Below, in pieces: positions 30,969 to 37,860 of a stretch of DNA of 50,930 nucleotides. Origin of the DNA: Clostridioides phage phiCD27; sequence record EU719189.1. The stretch is one strand, 5' to 3'. Every line of letters starts with the position of its first letter. Position 1 is the stretch's first letter. Below the pieces are notes generated by a model. The model was not told the origin of the DNA and searched no databases. It saw nothing but the letters and a program-made list of their open reading frames with translations. The position numbers and the translations under genes were made by a program.

Positions 30969-31465
30969 TTCCCTCTATTAGATGCTGCATAAGAGGAAAC
31001 ATTAAAGTATTCTGCAATTTTTGAAGTGTCGACCTTATTACCTACTGTGTTTTCATCCATAATTCTTTTATATTCATGTTTAGGCATCAACAAGGCTGCT
31101 GCAAATTCATTGGATTGATACTCCTTATTGGTATTGCCACTTCTAAAATACTGATTTCCATCTTGACTATTCCATAGTTCATCATCAATGCCATAACCCA
31201 TGTGTAAAAATAAATGTCCAAGTTCATGAGCAATGGTAAAATTCTTTCTGGTATCTGGTTGATAAGGAGATACCACTATTTCAAATGAATCATCAACTTT
31301 TCTAATAAATCCATCAGAGTATCCACTTAAAGAACTATCTTCTATTACCTTGCCTCCTAAAGCATCAACAACTTGATTTATATTTACTATTGGAATTTGG
31401 ATTTTGTATGTTTGGATAATATCTTGGGTTATATCATTAATTAGCTCTCTGATTTTGAAATCCAT
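30944..31465 (-). CDS. ImmA/IrrE-family (COG2856) zinc metallopeptidase
   Basis: 173 aa. HELGHLFLH zinc-binding motif plus downstream EFAAALLMP motif. RBS AAGGATGTGA. Its 3' end overlaps the start of the 528-aa gene by 25 nt, consistent with one operon. Confidence 0.75.
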   Translation of the reverse strand: MDFKIRELINDITQDIIQTYKIQIPIVNINQVVDALGGKVIEDSSLSGYSDGFIRKVDDSFEIVVSPYQPDTRKNFTIAHELGHLFLHMGYGIDDELWNSQDGNQYFRSGNTNKEYQSNEFAAALLMPKHEYKRIMDENTVGNKVDTSKIAEYFNVSSYAASNRGKWLGYLQW

Positions 31466-32166
31466 AAAATCACATCCTTATATAATATTTTATTTAAATA
31501 ATTATTTATTATAATATTCATTATATCAAAAACTATTTTTTTTGGTACATTTAATATTAATTATTTTCATTAACCTTTTGTATTATACAATATAATTATA
31601 CCATATAAAAACTGTTTTTTGTCGAATGTATGTTTGAAAAAATAAAAATTAGTAAATTATCTTAAAAATAATTAGATATACTTTGGAAGCAATAAGAATA
31701 TTAACAATAAGATAAATCGTTGAAATACCAACATGTGTTAAATAATAACAATAAACAAATAATAAAATTTTAGATTTCAGAATATGAAAGAACCAAAAAA
31801 CGATTAACTAGTAATCTTAATTAAATTCATTTAGTTGATGTTAAAGTATGAAAACTATAGTAGAAGTTGTAATAATAAAACGAACGAAAATTATCATACT
31901 AAAACATAATACATGCTATAATTGTATTAGATAAATGCTTGAATATATACCAAAAGTACTCTTTTTATAAGAGTGCTTATTTTTTTGAAATTCATCAACA
32001 TATAAACTATCAAGAATATTACTCAACACACCTTAAAATTGATTTAAATTCTTTTTCATACACAAAGTTATATGATATAATAAAAAAGTAAATATGTAAC
32101 CCCAACACATCTTTACTAAGTCAAACATTATTATATAGAGCATTCTTCATTATGGAGAGTGCTTTT

Positions 32167-32355
32167 TCATTTCTTTGAATAATCATGTTGATTATTTATA
32201 ATATTTTCATTTAATTTATCTTTATCTATCAAATTTAATGCACAATTAATACAAATGTTAGTTTTCATATGACTTTTCTTATGAAAAGTAATATACTTAT
32301 TATCATCTTTATTTATTCCTTTATTACAGTAATCACATAATATAGTCTTAGTCAT
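32167..32355 (-). CDS. small zinc-ribbon protein
   Basis: 62 aa with CxxC (C7, C10) and CxxC (C36, C39) pairs. Weak RBS. Confidence 0.35.
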   Translation of the reverse strand: MTKTILCDYCNKGINKDDNKYITFHKKSHMKTNICINCALNLIDKDKLNENIINNQHDYSKK

Positions 32356-32494
32356 ATTTTTATTCCTTTCATTTTATATTTTCCATAATTAAGTTTAACA
32401 TATTTAGTATATACCTATGTATATATATTTAAAACAATGTTTTTTATTGCAATATAGAATATATTGTATAAATAAAAAAATGGAGAATAGATAT

Positions 32495-32521
32495 TTGATA
32501 ATTGTAAAATTATGTTATAAT
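32495..32521 (+). promoter_or_regulatory. sigma-A-like promoter for the toxin-like small ORF
   Basis: TTGATA at 32495-32500, 15-nt spacer, TATAAT at 32516-32521. Confidence 0.45.
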
Positions 32522-32611
32522 TAAAATGCAAGAATAATCTTGTGGAACTACAATCTAAGAGTGGAGCTTCATTTTCTACATTCCATCCCTTAAAAGGAAG
32601 GAGGTGGAGAA

Positions 32612-32755
32612 ATGAGCGAATTTTTACTAGGAGTGTTAGCTAGTTTAACAGCTAGCTTTATTACATATATTATTTCCAGAAAAGTAAAAAGCCACTCTGG
32701 CAGGAGTGACTTTGAGCTTGATGTAAAAATCAAGTTTAATAAAAAACGACATTAA
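32612..32755 (+). CDS. type I toxin-like small membrane peptide
   Basis: 47 aa: MSEFLLGVLASLTASFITYIISRKVKSHSGRSDFELDVKIKFNKKRH. One N-terminal TM helix and a charged K/R-rich tail. Very strong RBS GGAAGGAGGTGG 7 nt upstream. It resembles the FLLGVLAxLTAS-type toxins of C. difficile prophage and CRISPR-associated type I TA modules. Confidence 0.6.
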   Translation: MSEFLLGVLASLTASFITYIISRKVKSHSGRSDFELDVKIKFNKKRH

Positions 32756-32767
32756 TATTTAGTTAAT

Positions 32768-32815
32768 GAAACTTCACTCTAGGCTAATAGATTGTAGTTT
32801 CTTTTTTTGTTTTTG
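32768..32815 (+). terminator. putative terminator of toxin mRNA
   Basis: GAAACT ... AGTTTC stem with an unusually large loop, followed by TTTTTTTGTTTTTG. Confidence 0.4.
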
Positions 32816-33308
32816 ATACGAATTTACATCTTTATTATATCGCATTTTGAGAAAAAATAAAACTATGAATATTAGAAATATATTTTATTTTATCTCTAAG
32901 TATATATATTATTAGCCACCTAAAAAACTTTCATAAAAACAAAAAGAACAATATCTTTTTGGCAACTGGCTGGCATAATTTATAAGAATTTTATAAATCT
33001 TAGTCCCTATAGCTTTGCGTCACTAATTTTCTCTAGTTTTGCCGATTTAGTTTTGTTATACAACTAAAATAATACAATAGAATTAGTTAATGTTCAACAA
33101 GGTTGTTTGAAAATTAAATAAATTTATAGGTATGAATAGTATTTATTCCTAAAAAGGAACAGAGTATTTAAAGGTCAAGGTAAGTTAGAATAGTATTGTG
33201 AACTAACATTTGATTATGCGAAATTCTATGAAACAGGAACCCTGTGACTTTAGTCATGGGAGGTTCAGTGTATATCGCGTATTTCAATTGTTATAAGTAT
33301 TTTATTTA

Positions 33309-33356
33309 TTTGGACTAACTAATAATAGCCAAGTGGATACTATATGTTAGTCCAAA
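33309..33356. other. candidate attP (48-bp imperfect dyad next to serine integrase gene)
   Basis: Perfect 11-bp inverted repeat TTTGGACTAAC (33309-33319) / GTTAGTCCAAA (33346-33356) separated by 26 nt with partial internal symmetry. It starts 4 nt beyond the 3' end of the large serine recombinase gene. Confidence 0.45.
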
Positions 33357-33359
33357 TAA

Positions 33360-34718
33360 TTATATAAAATTAATAGTGATGTTTTTGTTATTATCTATTT
33401 CTATATAATCTATTATAGATAACCAAAAACGTCTGCGTTCAACCCTGCTTAAATCACTATACATCTCATTAATATCAATATCTAAGAATTTTTTTATATG
33501 TGATGTATCAATAATTTGACTCTCCTGTTCTTCAGTTATATTATCCAGTTGAGATTGTAATTTTTCATAATCTTTTCTATAAGTCTCTTTATCAATCAAA
33601 TCCTCTAAATATAAATCTTTGATTTTATCTAATTTTTTCATGATTTTCTTCTTTTCATCTTTTTTGTTAGATTTCTTATTTCGTCTGATTTTTTCATTTT
33701 GTGCTTCTAATTTCACCATATGTTTATGTAATTGTGGTTTTAAGTTAGTCAAAAGGTAGTTTTCTATATGTTTTTCATTATGAGTTACATTGTGTACACA
33801 GTTTTTATTTAGATAGAATGTAGAACATCTATAAGATAAATAAAGTTTTTCTCCAACATTACTAGAATTACCCTTTAATGTATAACCACACTCCTTACAT
33901 TTTAAAAGACCAGAAAAAATATGATAATGTATGTTTTTATTAGGAGTAGTTTTTTTATTTTTTTCTAATATTCTTTGGATTTGTTTAAATTGTTTTTTTG
34001 ATATAATAGGTTCACAATAATCTTCAACATAAAATCCTCGTTTATTATAGATTCCTATATAAAGTTCATTTCTTAGTATATTCTTTATTTTATTATAACT
34101 GTATAATTCGCCATGAAGATTATTAATTGTTTCTATTAAAGTCCTAACAGAACCTGATTTCTCGTATTCGTCAAATATAGCTTTAACTATATATTTTTTT
34201 TCTTTATCAATAACTAGATGCTTATTTTCTATTTTGTAACCTATGGGAATTGTACCACTTATAACTTCTTTACGTCTCAATTTATCCTGAAAAACAAATT
34301 TTATTCTTTCAGATGTTTGAGCTGCTTCATTTTCTGCTACAGATAGCATAATGTTTATATGTAATCTACCAGCAGCAGTGCTAGAATCGTAGTTTTCTAA
34401 AATGGTTTTCCAATCACACTTATGTTTTTCCAAGGTTTCCATTATTTTATAATAGTTTTTAACGCCACGACTTAGTCTATCAATTTTAGTCATTAAAACT
34501 AGGTCTACTTTATCTTTTTCCACATCTCTTAATAATCGTTGTAAGTTAGGTCTTTTTAAATTAGTTGCAGAGCAACCTTCATCAATGTATTTACCAACTA
34601 TGTTAAAATCATTCTCTTTAGAGTACTGTTCTAAAGCCTCTATTTGTGTCCTTATGCTATCTCCATTTAAAGCTTGTTCTTCTGTACTAACACGTATATA
34701 AAGTGCTACTCTTAACAT
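33360..34718 (-). CDS. large serine recombinase (phage integrase)
   Basis: 452 aa. N-terminal resolvase catalytic domain (YIRVSTEEQ with nucleophilic Ser), recombinase domain, a Cys-rich zinc-ribbon region (CKECG ... C) and a C-terminal coiled coil. Confidence 0.9.
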   Translation of the reverse strand: MLRVALYIRVSTEEQALNGDSIRTQIEALEQYSKENDFNIVGKYIDEGCSATNLKRPNLQRLLRDVEKDKVDLVLMTKIDRLSRGVKNYYKIMETLEKHKCDWKTILENYDSSTAAGRLHINIMLSVAENEAAQTSERIKFVFQDKLRRKEVISGTIPIGYKIENKHLVIDKEKKYIVKAIFDEYEKSGSVRTLIETINNLHGELYSYNKIKNILRNELYIGIYNKRGFYVEDYCEPIISKKQFKQIQRILEKNKKTTPNKNIHYHIFSGLLKCKECGYTLKGNSSNVGEKLYLSYRCSTFYLNKNCVHNVTHNEKHIENYLLTNLKPQLHKHMVKLEAQNEKIRRNKKSNKKDEKKKIMKKLDKIKDLYLEDLIDKETYRKDYEKLQSQLDNITEEQESQIIDTSHIKKFLDIDINEMYSDLSRVERRRFWLSIIDYIEIDNNKNITINFI

Positions 34719-34782
34719 TTTACATTCCCCCTTATTGTATATTTAAGAGGAGCTGAACGGCTCTTAAATATACTATGAATTG

Positions 34783-35256
34783 TTACAAAAAATTTGCATT
34801 CATAATACTAAATCTTGGCTCAAAAAATATCACATAATTATCTAGTGTAGCTGAAAAACCATATTTACTTTTATAACATTCTAAAGCTTCATTTAGAAAC
34901 TTTTCAGTTACATCAAGGTATTCTGCCATTTCGGTTATAGTCTTACAGCCAGCATTAAAACTATCTATTATACCTTTAAGACCAATTAACTTGTTGTAAG
35001 CCATCAATCTAGCTTTATATTCTTGTTTGCTATTTTCAACTTTATTTAGGTCTAATATATTTCCATATGAAGTATAATGATGTCCTAGTTCTTCTGCTAA
35101 CACACAAGCTTTTTCACTTATATTATTAAGTGTATTTTTATTTAAAGCTATTCTATTATTTTTATATAATCCATGAGAATTTGAAATTAAAGGAACTTCT
35201 CTAACAATAATATTATTATCATCTGCTTCAGAGAGTAACTTTTCATAACTATTCAT
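34783..35256 (-). CDS. ImmA-like (COG2856) metallopeptidase, anti-repressor protease
   Basis: 157 aa. HEXXH motif in AEELGHHYTSYG. Located between the CI-like repressor and integrase as in the ICEBs1 immR-immA-int operon. Confidence 0.7.
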   Translation of the reverse strand: MNSYEKLLSEADDNNIIVREVPLISNSHGLYKNNRIALNKNTLNNISEKACVLAEELGHHYTSYGNILDLNKVENSKQEYKARLMAYNKLIGLKGIIDSFNAGCKTITEMAEYLDVTEKFLNEALECYKSKYGFSATLDNYVIFFEPRFSIMNANFL

Positions 35257-35273
35257 AAGTTCACCTACCTATT

Positions 35274-35729
35274 TTACCAATTATCCATATCATCTAAATC
35301 TTGATATATTTTTTCAATTTCTCCTTCTTCATGTAAATGTTCATTGTGTGCCGCTATTGTGTCTATGTGATTTTTATTTACATATTTACCTATTTGAGTA
35401 AGTTCATCTACTCTTTTTATTGCTTCATTTTGTCCAATATCGTTTAAGGCATTAAAGCTTGATAAAAGCTTATTTTCTTTAATTTTAATTTGTTTGCAGT
35501 CTTCGTTCCACCCCATTATAAAAGCAGGAGATTCATCTAATGCATGTGCTAAAATTTCTAGCTTATCAAGAGGAATATTTTTTATAGCTCCCGTTTCATA
35601 TCTCTGTAAAGTGGACTTACTTAGTCCAGTCTTGTTAGCTAAATCTTGATAAGACATATTAAGTTCTAATCGTTTATTTTTTATTCTATTTGTAATCTCC
35701 AACATTTTTAAATCATTTTCAGTATTCAA
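35274..35729 (-). CDS. CI/ImmR-like XRE-family HTH repressor
   Basis: HTH_XRE motif LNMSYQDLANKTGLSKSTLQRYETG, C-terminal dimerisation region. Probable start is TTG 35729 (RBS GAGGTGAT) or ATG 35705. The ORF-track N-terminal extension to 35870 reads through the promoter region. Confidence 0.8.
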   Translation of the reverse strand: MNTENDLKMLEITNRIKNKRLELNMSYQDLANKTGLSKSTLQRYETGAIKNIPLDKLEILAHALDESPAFIMGWNEDCKQIKIKENKLLSSFNALNDIGQNEAIKRVDELTQIGKYVNKNHIDTIAAHNEHLHEEGEIEKIYQDLDDMDNW

Positions 35730-35771
35730 ATTTATCACCTCTATAAAATATATTATAAAGTATTTTTTCAT

Positions 35772-35815
35772 AAATGCAACACATATATTGGAAAATATAA
35801 AAAAATGTTGCATTT
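35772..35815. promoter_or_regulatory. candidate operator (nested inverted repeats) in cI-cro intergenic region
   Basis: Perfect 10-bp inverted repeat AAATGCAACA / TGTTGCATTT flanking a second palindrome TATATTggaaAATATA. Confidence 0.5.
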
Positions 35816-35820
35816 TTGAC

Positions 35821-35849
35821 TTGACAATATAAAATGGATGTATTAATAT
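35821..35849 (+). promoter_or_regulatory. P-cro-like promoter
   Basis: TTGACA at 35821-35826, 17-nt spacer, TAATAT at 35844-35849. RBS AACGAGGTGATG precedes the cro-like ATG at 35883. Confidence 0.6.
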
Positions 35850-35882
35850 TGAATTATCCCAAATAAGCAACGAGGTGATGGA

Positions 35883-36104
35883 ATGAATATAAGTAAATTA
35901 AAAGGAAAAATGGTCGAAAAGAAATACACTCAAAAGAAATTAGCAGAAGAGTTGGGTATGACTGTTCAAGCTTTAAATGCAAAATTAAATAATCGTTCAC
36001 AATTCAAGATTGAAGAAGCAGTTAAGATATCAAATATTTTGCAAATCGAAGAGCCTGGTGAGATTTTTTTTGACAATTATATCCCAAAAATGCAACGAAA
36101 TTAA
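35883..36104 (+). CDS. Cro-like XRE-family HTH regulator
   Basis: 73 aa, HTH (YTQKKLAEELGMTVQALNAKLNN), divergent from the CI-like repressor gene. Confidence 0.8.
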   Translation: MNISKLKGKMVEKKYTQKKLAEELGMTVQALNAKLNNRSQFKIEEAVKISNILQIEEPGEIFFDNYIPKMQRN

Positions 36105-36151
36105 ATAAGAAAACCTAACAGATAAAAATTAAAACTAGGGAGGTAGAAATT

Positions 36152-36364
36152 ATGAGTAATAATTTACAAGTAATAGAAAGAAACAACAAAAGAGTTCTAA
36201 CTACACAGCAACTAGCAGATGTATATGAAACTGACTCAAAGAATATAAGTAACAATTTCAACAATAACAAAGATAGGTTTATTGAAGGTAAACATTATTT
36301 TTTATTACAAGGTGATGATTTAAAGAATTTTAAAGGTATTCATACGGAATATCAAGTGATTTAA
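36152..36364 (+). CDS. ORF6N-domain protein (short antirepressor-like)
   Basis: 70 aa, RBS GGGAGG. Similar to the N-terminal domain of the 282-aa protein at 45877..46725 (VIERNNKRVLTTQQLADVYETDSKNI vs LVKDIAEIHNRESRQI). Confidence 0.5.
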   Translation: MSNNLQVIERNNKRVLTTQQLADVYETDSKNISNNFNNNKDRFIEGKHYFLLQGDDLKNFKGIHTEYQVI

Positions 36365-36495
36365 GTAAGAATTAAGTTAAATAAAACAAGTACCTTGAAA
36401 ACTAAATACAGAATATTCAAAAGAGGTGATTAGATGCAAATAGAGCAAACAACAATACGCCTGCCTATATAAGGCGAATAAGCCCAAAAGAGGAC

Positions 36496-36669
36496 TTATT
36501 CTTTTGTTTCTTTGCATTTTTCAGCATTTAATTTTTCTAAACCTAATTTGATTAATTCAATAGTAGCTTGTGTTCTTGTAGAGAACCTTTTATCAAACCT
36601 AAAATCATCAATTTCTTTTAAAAGTTCATCATCAACAGTTATTGTGAACCTTGGTTTTTGAGTAGCCAT
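36496..36669 (-). CDS. ribbon-helix-helix (Mnt/CopG-like) regulator
   Basis: 57-aa ORF below the ORF-track cutoff: MATQKPRFTITVDDELLKEIDDFRFDKRFSTRTQATIELIKLGLEKLNAEKCKETKE. N-terminal beta-strand (RFTITVDDEL) then two helices. Strong RBS AGGTGAGGTGA. Confidence 0.6.
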   Translation of the reverse strand: MATQKPRFTITVDDELLKEIDDFRFDKRFSTRTQATIELIKLGLEKLNAEKCKETKE

Positions 36670-36691
36670 TACATCACCTCACCTTAAGTGT

Positions 36692-36809
36692 ATTATACAC
36701 CAGTGGTGAAATGGTGTAAATATAAAAAATAAAAATATAATAAAAAAGTGTTGACATGGTTCACCAGTTCATCTATAATAAAAATATAAAGAGGTTCACC
36801 ACTGGTGAC
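36692..36809. promoter_or_regulatory. divergent promoters with three palindromic operator copies
   Basis: Minus-strand promoter: -10 at 36692-36697, -35 TTTACA at 36715-36720, with CACCAGTGGTG (36698-36708) in the spacer. Plus-strand promoter: TTGACA 36751-36756, 17-nt spacer, TATAAT 36774-36779, with half-site TTCACCAGTTCA in the spacer and full palindrome TTCACCACTGGTGA (36795-36808) just downstream. Confidence 0.6.
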
Positions 36810-36824
36810 AAAAGGAGGATGAAA

Positions 36825-36995
36825 ATGCCAACTAAATCAAAAAGAATTTCAATAACTATATTTCCAGAATTAGAAACAGATTTAGATGTTTTAAAAAAGG
36901 AAAAGTTTTATAAAGAATCTCAAAGTGAAATGCTAAGGTATCTTATTAAACTTGGGCTTCAAGTAAATAAAGAAAAGGTCTATAAAAACGAATAA
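36825..36995 (+). CDS. ribbon-helix-helix (Arc/CopG-like) regulator
   Basis: Start reassigned to ATG 36825 (MPTKSKRISITIFPELETDLDVL...), which has RBS AAAGGAGGA 6 nt upstream. The ORF-track start at 36756 lies inside the -35 element. Confidence 0.6.
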   Translation: MPTKSKRISITIFPELETDLDVLKKEKFYKESQSEMLRYLIKLGLQVNKEKVYKNE

Positions 36996-37011
36996 AAGAG
37001 GAGGTATAAGC

Positions 37012-37800
37012 ATGAATGACCTAACAATAATCAAGCAAAATAATCAATTCTTAGTTGAGAGTAGAGAAGTCGCAGAGTTAATAGAAAAGAAACATGATAA
37101 TTTGTTAAGAGATATAAGAGGATACAAGAAAATTTTAGAGGACTCATCAAATTTGAGGAGTCAGGATTTTTTCATAGAAAGTACTTATATAAATACTCAA
37201 AATAAAATTCAGCCTTGTTACTTATTAACTAAAAAAGGTTGTGACATGGTAGCTAATAAAATGACAGGTGAAAAGGGAATTATATTTACAGCGATTTATG
37301 TAACTAAGTTTGAAGAAATGGAGCGAGAGTTAAAAGAACAACAACCTAAACTACCAACTACATACAAAGAAGCATTGCAACAGTTATTAATAGAAGTTGA
37401 AGAAAAAGAACAATTACAATTAGAAAATCAAGAAAAAGATAAGGTAATTCAGTTACAGCAACCAAAAGTACTGTTTGCTGATTCAGTAGCATCTTCTGAC
37501 AATTCAATCCTAGTTGGAGAATTAGCAAAATTGCTTAGACAAAATGGAATTGATACAGGACAAAATAGATTATTTGACTGGTTAAGAAATAATGGTTACT
37601 TAATAAAACGTAAAGGCGAGGATTACAATACACCAACTCAAAAAAGTGTAGATTTAGGAGTTATAGAAACAAAAGAAGGTACAAGAGTACATCCAGATGG
37701 TCATACAAGTATTACTAAAACACCTAAGATTACTGGTAAGGGACAAATATACTTTATTAATAAGTTTAAAAAGAACAATCAAATATCAATGTTAAGCTAA
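37012..37800 (+). CDS. antirepressor (Rha N-terminal domain + KilA-C-like C-terminal domain)
   Basis: 262 aa. N-terminal MNDLTIIKQNNQFLVESREVAELIEKKHDNLLRDI is typical of the phage regulatory protein Rha. The C-terminal domain resembles KilAC. Confidence 0.65.
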   Translation: MNDLTIIKQNNQFLVESREVAELIEKKHDNLLRDIRGYKKILEDSSNLRSQDFFIESTYINTQNKIQPCYLLTKKGCDMVANKMTGEKGIIFTAIYVTKFEEMERELKEQQPKLPTTYKEALQQLLIEVEEKEQLQLENQEKDKVIQLQQPKVLFADSVASSDNSILVGELAKLLRQNGIDTGQNRLFDWLRNNGYLIKRKGEDYNTPTQKSVDLGVIETKEGTRVHPDGHTSITKTPKITGKGQIYFINKFKKNNQISMLS

Positions 37801-37860
37801 ATCATAACAGCACTTTGAAAACTAAATACGGAATATTTTGAAAATAGAGGGGTGATTTAA

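Noticed and set aside
31466-33308. A CRISPR array was searched for in the AT-rich, gene-poor cargo region, because C. difficile prophages frequently carry arrays.
   Set aside because: No regularly spaced direct repeats of 29-37 bp are present. Only isolated hairpins and the TA-like locus were found.
35706-35870. N-terminal extensions of ORF-track entries: 35274..35870, 36756..36995, 28266..28634 and 50160..50921.
   Set aside because: The upstream portions run through promoter or operator sequence, lack RBSs and encode AT-rich junk (for example MLIWDNSILIHPFYIV...). Internal starts with good RBSs were used instead: 35729/35705, 36825, 28287 and 50244.
36425-36463. A 12-aa ORF MQIEQTTIRLPI with RBS AAGAGGTGA after the repeated intergenic element.
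   Set aside because: It is too short and runs into the terminator hairpin (CGCCTgcctatataAGGCG) of the minus-strand RHH gene. The RBS is probably part of the repeated element rather than a real start.
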